Positions 36,742-46,714 are shown, numbered from the stretch's first letter. The stretch is 64,000 nucleotides of DNA from Thermoplasmata archaeon (GCA_036404475.1 DASWZL010000107.1:77001-141000); one strand, 5' to 3'. Notes: generated by a model not told the origin, from the sequence alone. Numbers and translations: made by a program.

Positions 36742-37362
36742 CTACTCTACGGGACTCATCGACCGTTCGCTCGGATGCCAGGCGAACCCCTTCCAGGGCG
36801 CCGGGAGATCCCAGTCGAAGGCGCTGATCGTCGTCAGCAGGAACTCGCGCGTCAGCCCGAGGCGTGCCAGCTCGTCCCCGATCCTCGCCCGCCACCGTTC
36901 GGTCGCTTCCTCCACCGAGCGGGTGCCCTGGGGAGCCGGGTAGTCCGGGTAGATGACGAGAACCGTCAGCAAGGCTCCGGACCTCACGACCGAGGGAAGG
37001 TCCTGTTCCACGATCGAATCGGTGGCCACTTTGACCTCCCGGATCGCGACCGCCGGTCGGTCGGGGATGCCGTGCCAGAACCACATCAATTGCGGGACGT
37101 CGGTCCAGCCGGGGGCCTGGACGAGACCGAAGTCCCGAGCGAGCGAAGCCAGGAACGTGGCGAAGGTCCGGTTCCACTCCTCGTAGGAGTACTCGGGCCG
37201 GCTGGGCGGGAGGTTCCCCGGACCTGCCACAAATCGCCGATGGCGGTCGTAGAAGAGCCCGAGTGCCGTCCTTGGGTCGCCCGCCGCCTCATCGAATTGG
37301 GACCGGAACCGGGCGAGCCATTCCCGGGCGTAGATCACGGTGGTGGGAGGGTCACCGCTCAT
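36742..37362 (-). CDS. Hypothetical protein (206 aa)
   Basis: Balanced composition, Trp-rich ('WTDVPQLMWFWHGIPD'). No domain recognised. Confidence 0.4.
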   Translation of the reverse strand: MSGDPPTTVIYAREWLARFRSQFDEAAGDPRTALGLFYDRHRRFVAGPGNLPPSRPEYSYEEWNRTFATFLASLARDFGLVQAPGWTDVPQLMWFWHGIPDRPAVAIREVKVATDSIVEQDLPSVVRSGALLTVLVIYPDYPAPQGTRSVEEATERWRARIGDELARLGLTREFLLTTISAFDWDLPAPWKGFAWHPSERSMSPVE

Positions 37363-37704
37363 CGGGCCTCGTCGGGCCCGTGAGTCCCGTTCGCGCCGGC
37401 GCGAATCTTCAGCATCTACGGGAACGGGCTCCGAGCCGGGGCTTTAGACATTCGGTCCTCAGGAGAAGGGCTTTCCCGCGGCCCGTGGGTCGAATCAGAT
37501 GACCGGAAGTGGTGCTGGGAGGCCGACCGGCAGCTGCGCCGCCACCCGCCGGACCACCCCCCCGGGAATCCGTCCAGAGCGTCAAGCGCGAGCGCGGTGG
37601 AACAGAATCCGTCGCGACCGGAATCTGGGCGGTGACCTCGGACGTCGTCGCAGGCGAGGAGGAGGGTGGGAGCTCCGAGGAGAGGGTCGGTCGGCCGACT
37701 CGAC

Positions 37705-38409
37705 CTAGCCCGTGGCCTTCTCGATCGCGGTTCCGGCTTCGAGATACCAGGGAAGCTGGTCCGGGGAGAACGTCGTTCCCGTGCGTAGCTCCCCCGAGGG
37801 TAGTCCTTTCTCGACCACGAGGTGGGCCGTTCGCCACTCCTCGGCGGATTCGACGTCCAGCCTCAGCGCGATGGAGTAGCCATACCGGCCTTCGTAGGGA
37901 GGCGGAATCGAGGTGGTGATGACCGAGAGGCCGTGTCGGGGGAACACGTCCATCATCGCGCGAAGGCGACCCGGGTCGGTCGGATAGAACATGCGGATTC
38001 GGTTGGTGTTCGCGACGACGACGACTCGAGGACCGGAGGGAGAGTCGCTCTCGTCGAGAATCCGTTGAATCCGCGGCGGCAGGAGGAGGAAATGGTCGAG
38101 CGCAATCCGGTCCGCCGTGGCCCCCTCGGGGCGGATCAGGGAGTCGAACGTCTCTCGCGAGACCCGGGGCCCCTCTCCGAGGTCGGCGACCGAGATCGGC
38201 GCAGGGACCCGGGTCTCGGGGAGGAGCCGACGGACCCAGGACTCCTCGACCGAGGGCTCCGCCGCCAATTCCCGGACGGTGATCCACCGAAACGACGGGT
38301 CGATGAACTTGGCCACCGCGAACGCCATTACGTGGCTCGCCCGGCGGCTCCGGCTCCATACGTAATAGGAGAAGGGGGTGGTGCGAAACTCTGGCGGAAG
38401 GTCGACCAT
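37705..38409 (-). CDS. Hypothetical protein (234 aa)
   Basis: Balanced composition ('RVVVVANTNRIRMFYPTDPGRLRAMMDVF'). No domain recognised. Confidence 0.4.
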   Translation of the reverse strand: MVDLPPEFRTTPFSYYVWSRSRRASHVMAFAVAKFIDPSFRWITVRELAAEPSVEESWVRRLLPETRVPAPISVADLGEGPRVSRETFDSLIRPEGATADRIALDHFLLLPPRIQRILDESDSPSGPRVVVVANTNRIRMFYPTDPGRLRAMMDVFPRHGLSVITTSIPPPYEGRYGYSIALRLDVESAEEWRTAHLVVEKGLPSGELRTGTTFSPDQLPWYLEAGTAIEKATG

Positions 38410-38638
38410 GTTACCCGGTGTGGGTCAGACCACCTACTTCACCGCGACCGGCCTCATAAACCCAGTCGGTCGCGCGGCTCCCAGATTCTGCCCGGCCGAG
38501 ACGCATCGTTCGGCGGTGACGGTCCACCGATACGGACCTCCCTCCCGGCTCCCGTGCCAGCCTTCTCGCATGGCTCGGGCCGCGTGTCGAGCGGGTTTGA
38601 CGGGGGGTTTATTCGCGCGCAACTCCGCCCTATCGGCA

Positions 38639-39787
38639 ATGTCTGTCACTGACGTCGCCCAAGACAAGAGGGCCGACCTCGCCGGCCCGGGGATCGGCAC
38701 GTACGAAGAGGTCGACCGCGTGCTCCCCGGTGATTATGAGCCGCTGCTTTCCCCCCGCCTCACCCAGCACGCCATCTACGCGGTCAAGGGCTACATCGAG
38801 GAGCACCTATGCAAGGAGCTCAACCTGATGATGGTCCAGGTGCCGCTCATTGTGGAGAGCGAGAGCGGTGTCAACGACATGCTCGACCGGGACGGCTCCC
38901 GTACGCCGATTCAGTTCCATATCTCGAACGACCGCGACCTCCACCCGGTGGACGCCCAGGTCGTCCAGGCGGCGACCAAGTGGAAGCGGATGGCCCTGAA
39001 ACAGTTCGACCTTCAGTCCGGCGAGGGGCTCATCACCGACATGCGTGCGGTCCGGAAGGATTACTTCCTGGACCACGACCACAGCGCCTACGTCGACCAG
39101 TGGGACTGGGAGAAGGCGATCACTGTCGAGGACCGGAACCTCGACTACCTCAAGGACACGGTCCGGCGCATCTGGAAGGTCATCACGGGCGCGCAGAAGC
39201 ACGTTCAGCGGCTGTTCCCGCAGCTCAAGGACCCGCGTTACCCGAACCTGCCCGACGACATCCATTTCCTGCACACCGAGGACCTGCTGGACGCCTACCC
39301 GGACCTGCCCCGGAAGCAGCGCGAGACCGCGATCCTGCAGAAGCACCCGGCGGTGTTCCTCATCGGGATTGGCTGGCCGCTCAAGGACGGATATCCCCAC
39401 GAGATGCGGGCCGCCGACTACGATGACTGGGTCACCGAGACGCGCTCGGAGGACGGCCGACCGATGCACGGCCTCAACGGGGACATCCTCGTCTGGAACC
39501 CCGTGACCCGACGCCGCCACGAGCTCATGTCCGGGGGGATCCGCGTGACCGCGGAAACCCTCCGCCAGCAGCTGTCGATGACGGGTCAGCTCGATTTCCT
39601 CAAGTTCCCGTACCACCAGGCGATCCTGAACGGCCAGATCCCGCTCAGCATCGGAAGCGGGATCGGTCAGGGCCGGACCCAGATGCTCCTCCTCCGCAAG
39701 GCCCACATCGGCGAGGTCACCGTCACGGTCTGGCCGAAGAAGCTGCGGGAGATCAGCGCGCGACACAACATCCACGTGCTGACGTAG
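38639..39787 (+). CDS. asnA: Aspartate--ammonia ligase (asparagine synthetase A, class II aaRS-like)
   Basis: Strong AsnA blocks 'ATKWKRMALKQFDLQSGEGLITDMRAVRKDY', 'HSAYVDQWDWEKAI', 'NGDILVWNPVTRRRHELMSGGIRV' and 'GIGQGRTQMLLL'. Confidence 0.85.
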   Translation: MSVTDVAQDKRADLAGPGIGTYEEVDRVLPGDYEPLLSPRLTQHAIYAVKGYIEEHLCKELNLMMVQVPLIVESESGVNDMLDRDGSRTPIQFHISNDRDLHPVDAQVVQAATKWKRMALKQFDLQSGEGLITDMRAVRKDYFLDHDHSAYVDQWDWEKAITVEDRNLDYLKDTVRRIWKVITGAQKHVQRLFPQLKDPRYPNLPDDIHFLHTEDLLDAYPDLPRKQRETAILQKHPAVFLIGIGWPLKDGYPHEMRAADYDDWVTETRSEDGRPMHGLNGDILVWNPVTRRRHELMSGGIRVTAETLRQQLSMTGQLDFLKFPYHQAILNGQIPLSIGSGIGQGRTQMLLLRKAHIGEVTVTVWPKKLREISARHNIHVLT

Positions 39788-39897
39788 CCGACCGACCCGG
39801 AGGGAACGCGGTTCCCCGCGTGCCACCTACTGTCCCCCCCGTTCTGACCGCCCTGAACCGTTATCAGGTCCGACGGACCATCCCGGCGCGAACGGCC

Positions 39898-40596
39898 ATG
39901 GGGATCCCAAGTCCGATCGTCGAGCGACTGCTCCGGGAGGGGGATGAGCATCGTTGCGATGGCCCCCCCGACAACTGCGTGCGGGTCCGGGCGCTCGCGA
40001 ACCTTCCCACCCGCTTCGGCGAGTACCAGGTCGTGGCGTTCGAGAACTGCCTCGACCGGCAGGACCACGCGGCGTTCGTCCACGGGGACGTGTTCGAACG
40101 CGAGGAGGTCCCCGTTCGGGTGCACTCGGAGTGCCTCACGGGGGACGCGATCGGCTCGCTCCGGTGCGACTGCCGCGACCAGCTCATGGAATCGCTCGCG
40201 CGGATCGGGCAGATGGAGCGGGGGGTCGTCCTCTACCTGCGACAGGAAGGCCGCGGCATCGGCTTCGTCAACAAAATCCGCGCCTACCAGCTCCAAGACT
40301 CGGGATACGACACCGTGCAGGCGAACGAGCTGCTCGGGTTCCGACCCGACGAGCGGGACTACGAGATCGCGGCCCACATGCTCTCGGCGCTCCACGTACG
40401 CTCGATTCAGATCCTGACGAACAACCCGGCGAAGGTCCAGGACCTCGAGCGGCACGGCGTTCGCATCTCCGGACGGATCTCGGTCGAAATCCCCGCGAAC
40501 GAGATCAACCGCCCCTACCTAGAGACCAAACGCGACCGGATGGGCCACCTGCTCGAGGTCGAACAGGACGACGACCTCTCCGGATACCTCAAGTAG
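39898..40596 (+). CDS. ribA: GTP cyclohydrolase II
   Basis: 'VRVHSECLTGDAIGSLRCDCRDQL' carries the zinc-binding Cys triad, and 'LYLRQEGRGIGFVNKIRAYQLQDSGYDTVQANELLGF' is the RibA signature. Confidence 0.8.
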   Translation: MGIPSPIVERLLREGDEHRCDGPPDNCVRVRALANLPTRFGEYQVVAFENCLDRQDHAAFVHGDVFEREEVPVRVHSECLTGDAIGSLRCDCRDQLMESLARIGQMERGVVLYLRQEGRGIGFVNKIRAYQLQDSGYDTVQANELLGFRPDERDYEIAAHMLSALHVRSIQILTNNPAKVQDLERHGVRISGRISVEIPANEINRPYLETKRDRMGHLLEVEQDDDLSGYLK

Positions 40597-40740
40597 GACG
40601 TCCGCCGGCGCGGGCGTCGCGCATCCTCCCTTCCCGCACCAAGGCGTACGTACGTGCGTGCGTCGTTGAGAACAAGAGTCACCCCGGGCCGGTCCGGCTG
40701 GGGGGAGAGGAAAGGGTTGCTTCGGCCGTCCTGGGCGAGC

Positions 40741-43700
40741 TTAGCTCGGTGGCGACGCTCCGGGGGGGGGCGGTCCCTCGTTCCAGGCTCCCGAGCCACC
40801 CTCGGCGGGAGGGGTGGTCGTCGGCTCGGCCGCCGGGGGGGGCGGCGTCCACGGCTGGGGAGCTGCCGGATGCGCTTTCGGCCCTCGTCGACGGCGCAGG
40901 AACAGGGCCAGGAGGGCGACCACGAGGGCGATCACCGCGAGCGCGATCGCCACCGCGAACCACGTGTTGAACGTGTCCGTGGAGACGTACGAGGTCGTCG
41001 AGGTGAACCCCACCGGCACGTTGTACGCTCCGTTCGCGACCGTCACGCTGCCGGTCGTCGGGGTCGTGTCGTACCCCCCGAGCGGGCCGACGTAGTACGA
41101 GTAGGTGCCCATCGGCTCCGAGAAGGAGATGGTCGTGGTGTTCGAGCTCAGCGTCACCCCGCCCAACGTCACCGACCAGGTCGTTCCCGAGGAAAGACCG
41201 GTCGCAATGAAGGTGACGGTGAACGTCTCCTGGGGCCCGATCGGGAAGGAATCCTCCGTGGTCCCCGTGACGATGTACGGAGCGAGGTATCCATTCGACC
41301 CGTAGGTGTGCCAGTCCGCCCAGTAGTTACCGACGCCCGTCGCGCAGAACTCGCTCGTGCAGGTGTTGAAGTAGTTGTCGACCTCCGACCACGCCTGGAC
41401 GTGCGCCGCGTTGTAGGTGGAGGTCGCCCCGTTATCCCCGACGAAGTTGTTGCCGGTGATCGTGTTGCCGTCCCCAGTGAGGATGGCGACCCCAAAGCTC
41501 GTGTCGTCCACGAACGAGCTGTCGGTCACGTAGTTGCCCACCGCGCCGGCGGTCTCGCCGCCCGCCTGCATGAGGAAGCCCATCCAGTCCTTGTACGCGC
41601 CGAGGCCGTTGACATAGCTATTGTAGGTCGCGTTGAAGACCATCCCGTACTGGTCAGACGTGGCGTTGATGGCGTTCACTTGGAGCCCGTTGGAATAGAT
41701 GTCAAACAGCGCCGCACCGTAGTTCGTGGCAACCACGTGGGAGATTCCCGTCGCCTCACTATCCTCGGTCACGACCGCCGCGAGCGGGAGGTCAAAGTAG
41801 AAGAGGTGGACCGAGTAGAGAGCGCTCGGGGTCGTGTCGGACGCGGTGACGTTGCTCACCGAAATGAAGTCCGACTCATAGACAAAGACACCCACCGAGT
41901 TGGTCGTCGCTGAGACCCCGTTGACCGTGTCCTGGCTCGACCCGAAGATCACGCTGCCGACCGAGAGGTTCGAGGCCGTGGTCTGGGACATGGCAACGGA
42001 CGCAGAGTCCTCGATCTCCGCTCCATAGGTCGAATCGTTGGCCGATACGCCCGAGAGGGTGAGGTCGGTCGCCTCATAGGTCCCGACGCCGAGGGAACCG
42101 TTCGTCGCAAAGAGCTTCGAGACGGTCCCGTTGGTGAAGCCGTACTCGAGCTCTACGGCAAACGAGTCGTCGGCGGTCACGTTCGAGATCGTGGCGTTCG
42201 CGCCGCCCTGGAGGCCGACGCCCGGGTCCGTGAAGTCGGAGAAGGACGCGGTAGTGACCGTGGTGTCGCTCACTCCGTAACCGATGACCCCCGCGGTACC
42301 AAAATAGCCCTCGGCGTTGACGTTGAGGTTCGTTACCGTAAGTCCGATGCCGCCCTCCGCGTAGACGCCGTCCGCGATCGCCCCTACCTGCACTTGGTTG
42401 AGGGTCGTCGCGTTCGCCCAGTAGGCCTCGAACCCGGTGGAGTAGAGGGACGTGTTCAGGTACGTGAACGTTCCGCCCATGCCTCCCTCGTCAAGGATGG
42501 ATGTGCCGAAGTCATAGGATGAGTCGTTCCACCCCACTGCCCCGGTCGAAGCGATGACGCTGAAGTCGGCGGCCCCATCGGTGGCGTTAGAGTTCTCGAC
42601 CGTCGTGTGCGTGGCGACCGAGGCCCAGACTCCGAAGGAGTCGGCCGACACGGTGAGATCGTTCGCGGTAACGTTGGTGGTTCCCCAGAGCGAAATCGCG
42701 CCGCCGGTGATCACACCGCTCCCGCCGTTGAATCCGGGAAGGGCGAGGTTGGTGAACGTGTCGCCGACCCCACCGTAGTCCACGAACTCCTGGCTCGCGC
42801 TCGTGAGGTTGTAGTAGTATCCTCCGAAGTACGGCCAGTAGTACTCCGTGTTGTTGGCCCCGAAGACGCCGTTCGGGCCCTGGGCCACGTTGTTGACCGC
42901 GAGCGGCGACGTGACGCCCGTCGCGTAGAACAGGTTGAACATCGGGAAGGACCAGTCGTTCAGAACGTTGAACGCCAGGCCCGTGTGAACGACCAGGTTC
43001 TTGAACGTGTAGGGGACGATGGCGTGCCCCGTGATCGCAGACACGAGCGCCGTCGCCTGCGCCTCACCGTTCATGTAGAGCGGCGCGTACAAGCTCCCCG
43101 GCGAACTCGTCATCGTGATGGCGTAGGCGGTCTGAGTGGTCGTAAAGTTCTTGCCGGTGTAGTTCGCGTACTCCGCGGCGTACGCGGCGACCGTGTAGCT
43201 CGCGGAACCGGGGATCGAGGGCGGCAGGGACGTGTGGACGACTCCCGCCGCGTTGGACGGCGCCCACTCTTGGTAGGCCGGGAATCCCGAGATGTTCTCA
43301 CCGATGAAGGTGAACGCGTAGTTCGGTGAGGAGTCCCCGGTGAACTGGATCGATCCCGTCGGGACGGGGGTCGGGGTTCCCCAGAGACCGTAGAGCAGCG
43401 ACGGCCCCTGGTTGAGGTATACGGTGGTACCAGACCAATAAGCGGCGACCCCAACCGCCGTCTCCCCAGTGTTCGCCCCGTAGTCGTAGGCGGACGGGAC
43501 GCTCACCCACTTGGAGGAGGAGGAGTTGAGGTACTGCAGGGTCATCGACCCGCTCGCGTTCGTGATGACCGCGTTCGAGCCGGCCGCTGGACCGCAGAAG
43601 ACCAGCTCGGCGTCAAAGGCGGCCCCGTTCGGTGCGTAGTTGAAGCCGTTGACTTGGAACTGGGGGTTGAGCAGGGGCTCCCAATACGGGGAGTTGAAGA

Positions 43701-44721
43701 TGACCGTGTCGTAGATTCCAGTGTATACCATCCCGTTTCCGTCCACCAGTCGGTAGCCGTAGGAGATGGCGGAGCGGCCGCCGATCGTCGACGCGTTGTT
43801 GTAGAGGTGGAGCTGCACCGGATACACCACCGGTAGCGTGGGGCCGTAATCATAGTAGAAGTCGTAGGGAACGAGCGTACCACTGGCCGAGTAGATGGTG
43901 CCGGGGGTCATGTTGGCGCCTGGACCGGAGAAGTTCCAGACGTTGTCCAGGAACTGGACAGAGTTGCCGCTGAAGTCAGGCACGTTCTGGGTCCAGAAGA
44001 CGCCCGAACCCAGAGGGAACCCGGTCGAGCCGGGGAGGGTGATGTTCTGAACCACCGTGTTGAGCTGGATTCCCCAGTCGTAGGGGTTGCCGGGCTCGTT
44101 CGCGGGGTTACCGTTCCAGTAGTACTGACCCGAGGGTTCGTACAGACTTCCGGCGGTGGCGTTGAAACTCGTCAGGTCCGTCGTGCCTTCGACCGCGGAC
44201 GTGTTGTATTCGTAGGTGGTCGATCCGAGACCGAAGTCGCCGACCCCCATCGGGGCCGGGGCCTCGGTGTAGTACGGGCTGACGACGGCGGATGGCGAGG
44301 CGGTGTCGCCGAGGAGGATATTGATGTTGGGTAGGATGGCGGCGCTGGCCGGGATGGCACCGCTCTGGATGCCCTCCGCGATGCGCTGGACCATGGCGAT
44401 GGTGGAGGGCTTGGCCCCGCCGGCCTCAAGCTTCTGGATCTCGCCGGAAAGAGCGTTCGAAGTGGCCGGGGCGGACGAAGGGATCGTGGGTTTCACGGTC
44501 GACGTGGGGAGCGAAGAGAACTGGTTGGTGGCCGAAACCGGCGTTGCTCCGCTGGTCGGCCCCGCCGGCGATGCGCCCGAGGACGTCACCGCGGCCGGCG
44601 CCGAGACCCCAGAGGCCGAAAGCAGTCCTGAGTGCGACTGGAGGGTCGCGCTGGCGGGCAGAACCATCAGAGCACAGACCCCGACAATGATCGGCAGCAG
44701 CCAAATTGCTTTTCGACGCAT
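40741..44721 (-). CDS. Giant surface (glyco)protein with right-handed parallel beta-helix repeats and a C-terminal TM anchor (1326 aa)
   Basis: - Signal peptide 'MRRKAIWLLPIIVGVCALMVLPASA';
- dozens of N-x-S/T sequons;
- repetitive Gly/Asn/Thr/Val-rich ~22-25-aa periodicity typical of pectate-lyase/NosD-like beta-helices;
- C-terminus 'WFAVAIALAVIALVVALLALFLRRRRGPKAHPAAPQPWTPPPPAAEPTTTPP' (TM helix, then RRRR, then a Pro-rich tail). Confidence 0.7.
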   Translation of the reverse strand: MRRKAIWLLPIIVGVCALMVLPASATLQSHSGLLSASGVSAPAAVTSSGASPAGPTSGATPVSATNQFSSLPTSTVKPTIPSSAPATSNALSGEIQKLEAGGAKPSTIAMVQRIAEGIQSGAIPASAAILPNINILLGDTASPSAVVSPYYTEAPAPMGVGDFGLGSTTYEYNTSAVEGTTDLTSFNATAGSLYEPSGQYYWNGNPANEPGNPYDWGIQLNTVVQNITLPGSTGFPLGSGVFWTQNVPDFSGNSVQFLDNVWNFSGPGANMTPGTIYSASGTLVPYDFYYDYGPTLPVVYPVQLHLYNNASTIGGRSAISYGYRLVDGNGMVYTGIYDTVIFNSPYWEPLLNPQFQVNGFNYAPNGAAFDAELVFCGPAAGSNAVITNASGSMTLQYLNSSSSKWVSVPSAYDYGANTGETAVGVAAYWSGTTVYLNQGPSLLYGLWGTPTPVPTGSIQFTGDSSPNYAFTFIGENISGFPAYQEWAPSNAAGVVHTSLPPSIPGSASYTVAAYAAEYANYTGKNFTTTQTAYAITMTSSPGSLYAPLYMNGEAQATALVSAITGHAIVPYTFKNLVVHTGLAFNVLNDWSFPMFNLFYATGVTSPLAVNNVAQGPNGVFGANNTEYYWPYFGGYYYNLTSASQEFVDYGGVGDTFTNLALPGFNGGSGVITGGAISLWGTTNVTANDLTVSADSFGVWASVATHTTVENSNATDGAADFSVIASTGAVGWNDSSYDFGTSILDEGGMGGTFTYLNTSLYSTGFEAYWANATTLNQVQVGAIADGVYAEGGIGLTVTNLNVNAEGYFGTAGVIGYGVSDTTVTTASFSDFTDPGVGLQGGANATISNVTADDSFAVELEYGFTNGTVSKLFATNGSLGVGTYEATDLTLSGVSANDSTYGAEIEDSASVAMSQTTASNLSVGSVIFGSSQDTVNGVSATTNSVGVFVYESDFISVSNVTASDTTPSALYSVHLFYFDLPLAAVVTEDSEATGISHVVATNYGAALFDIYSNGLQVNAINATSDQYGMVFNATYNSYVNGLGAYKDWMGFLMQAGGETAGAVGNYVTDSSFVDDTSFGVAILTGDGNTITGNNFVGDNGATSTYNAAHVQAWSEVDNYFNTCTSEFCATGVGNYWADWHTYGSNGYLAPYIVTGTTEDSFPIGPQETFTVTFIATGLSSGTTWSVTLGGVTLSSNTTTISFSEPMGTYSYYVGPLGGYDTTPTTGSVTVANGAYNVPVGFTSTTSYVSTDTFNTWFAVAIALAVIALVVALLALFLRRRRGPKAHPAAPQPWTPPPPAAEPTTTPPAEGGSGAWNEGPPPPGASPPS

Positions 44722-45029
44722 AGATGACGGGGACATATCGAGCGCCGAGGAGTGGGAGGGTTTATAGATACTTTCCGACAGTGGAAAGACCTCCCCTTCG
44801 AGACCGCATCGAGGGCGACGGAGGGCCATCTTCCTCGGGACATCTCGACGGGGTTGGCCGATTCCCAGCGAGGTGCCGCGCCCATTTTCGCCCGACGTGG
44901 GTCTCCGAGCCGGTCCCGTCAGCACCAGGGACGCCGCCGTCGGTCCGGCGGCTGGTACCCCCCTCGCCTAGGCGAGGCGGGACGATCTACCGGGAATGGC
45001 CCTGAGCCACGGCGCGATCCTGCGCCGTC

Positions 45030-45611
45030 TCAATCCGTGGCTTCGAATCGGTCCCCGGCGCGGACCCACCCCTCGCGGAGGATGAGGGCGTACCATCCTC
45101 GTCGGTTCAGCATTACCTTGAGGAACTCCGGCCCTCGGGAGGGTCCGACGTAGGGAAGGAGAAAGAGGTTGTCGCACGGCGTGCAGGCCTTCGACACCTC
45201 AAGGACGACCTCGCCGGCCCGGAACCGGTGTCCGGGGACGAACGCGTCGTACGCGATCCCCTCGGTGGTGATGTTCTCTCCAAGGTCTCCGGGACGGACG
45301 GGCCAGCCTTCGCGCGAAAGCTCGTCCAGCGTCTCCCGCGGCATGATCAGAAGGGCCATCGCCGGGTCGTCCCGCTTTTCCTCGTGACGGTAGCGGTTGA
45401 AGTCCCCCGCGAGGCCGGCTCGGGAGACGAACGCCTCGGGCACCGACGGCTTCGGGAGGCCGTGCTCGCCGGCGACCTCGGGCTTGCGGTGAATCTCGAA
45501 GACCCGGCCGGAGACTCGCGATCCTGCCGTCAAGGGCTCCCCTCCGAGGAACCTCGAACCTTCCCGCATCAAAATAGGTTGGGGTCGGTCTTCGGTGAGG
45601 ATTGCGACCAT
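45030..45611 (-). CDS. MOSC domain protein (YiiM-like)
   Basis: 'DLGENITTEGI' and 'CTPCDNLF' carry the conserved Cys of MOSC domains. Confidence 0.7.
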   Translation of the reverse strand: MVAILTEDRPQPILMREGSRFLGGEPLTAGSRVSGRVFEIHRKPEVAGEHGLPKPSVPEAFVSRAGLAGDFNRYRHEEKRDDPAMALLIMPRETLDELSREGWPVRPGDLGENITTEGIAYDAFVPGHRFRAGEVVLEVSKACTPCDNLFLLPYVGPSRGPEFLKVMLNRRGWYALILREGWVRAGDRFEATD

Positions 45612-45664
45612 TCGACGATTGCGGCGGAATCGTCCTTTTCTCCTCTCATACTTGTCCGGTCCTC

Positions 45665-46042
45665 ATGCCGCGACCCGTAGGAGCCGGGGTCCTGACGATC
45701 CTTGGCGGGATCTTCATCTTGGCCGGTGGCCTTCTCTTCGCGCTGATCGGTGCCATCTTCGCCGTGTTCGGGTTCCGGAGTGAGCTCTTCCTTCTCGGGC
45801 TTGGGGTCGGGTTCCTTACGGTCATCGTAGGGTTCCTGATGATCGCGGTCCCCTCGGCACACGGGGTCTGGGGCATCCTCGCAATCGTCTTCGCCCTCGT
45901 GAGCATCGCGGTCGCGTTGGGCGGCTTCCTGGTGGGCTTCCTGTTGACCCTGATTGGGGGCATCCTGGCCCTGACGTGGAAGCCTCCGGCGGTACGGGTC
46001 ATCACGATTGAGGCGCGTCGGGTCCCTCCGCCCGCCGGTTAG
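45665..46042 (+). CDS. Small hypothetical membrane protein (4 TM, Gly/Leu/Phe-rich)
   Basis: 'VLTILGGIFILAGGLLFALIGAIFAVFGF' and 'LVSIAVALGGFLVGFLLTLIGGILAL'. Confidence 0.4.
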   Translation: MPRPVGAGVLTILGGIFILAGGLLFALIGAIFAVFGFRSELFLLGLGVGFLTVIVGFLMIAVPSAHGVWGILAIVFALVSIAVALGGFLVGFLLTLIGGILALTWKPPAVRVITIEARRVPPPAG

Positions 46043-46111
46043 CGGGCGGGTGGGGGCGCGGGTCACCGACGAGGACCGGCTCGGGGAGTTCCGCCGCGAG
46101 GGAAAGGGGCC

Positions 46112-46690
46112 GTGACCCTGTCCGTCTTCGAGCTCGCGTTCGGCCTTTTCCTGGGCTTCTCGCTGACGATCCCTCCCGGACCGATGAACGCCTTCATGGC
46201 GTCGCAGTCGGTCCGCTCGTTTCGGGAGGGGGTGACCGCGGGGTTGGGCGCGATGAGCGCGGACCTCGTCCTAGGGGTCCTGGTCTACGCGCTGCATTCG
46301 ACGGTCGACCTCTCGACGGGTCTGCGTTGGATCTATCTCGCCGGCGCCGGAGTGATGGTCTACCTTGGGGTCGGCCTTCTGAAGGGGGCGTCGGGTCACC
46401 CTCCTCCCGAGACCACGGGCATCCGCACCTACACGAAGGCGCTCGGTCTCGGGGTCTCGAACCCGTTCCAAATCGTCTGGTGGCTCACTGCCGGCCTCGC
46501 GTTCGCCTATCTCGGAGGCTGGGTCCTCTTCGTCGGGCTCTTCGGAGCCATTACCGTGTGGGTCGTGGCGTTCCCGTGGGCGGTCCATGTCGGCACCGAG
46601 CGGAGACCGAGCATCGCCCGTGCGGTGGTCGTCGTATCGGGGGTCGTCATCTTCGCGTTCGCGGCGTACCTCCTCTTCCTCGCGCTGTGA
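46112..46690 (+). CDS. LysE/RhtB family amino-acid translocator
   Basis: 192 aa with 6 TM helices. The N-terminal 'LGFSLTIPPGPMNAFMASQS' is the characteristic LysE motif. Confidence 0.75.
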   Translation: MTLSVFELAFGLFLGFSLTIPPGPMNAFMASQSVRSFREGVTAGLGAMSADLVLGVLVYALHSTVDLSTGLRWIYLAGAGVMVYLGVGLLKGASGHPPPETTGIRTYTKALGLGVSNPFQIVWWLTAGLAFAYLGGWVLFVGLFGAITVWVVAFPWAVHVGTERRPSIARAVVVVSGVVIFAFAAYLLFLAL

Positions 46691-46714
46691 CGCGAGGCCC
46701 GGCCCCGATCCCGC

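Noticed and set aside
34952-37177. 741-aa ORF on the - strand spanning the DMT transporter, GNAT and downstream genes
   Set aside because: Arg/Pro/Gly-dominated with no domain. It crosses several independently supported genes in other frames or strands.
40654-41913. 419-aa + strand ORF antisense to the 3' end of the beta-helix surface-protein gene
   Set aside because: Arg/Val/Gly/Asp-rich antisense noise.
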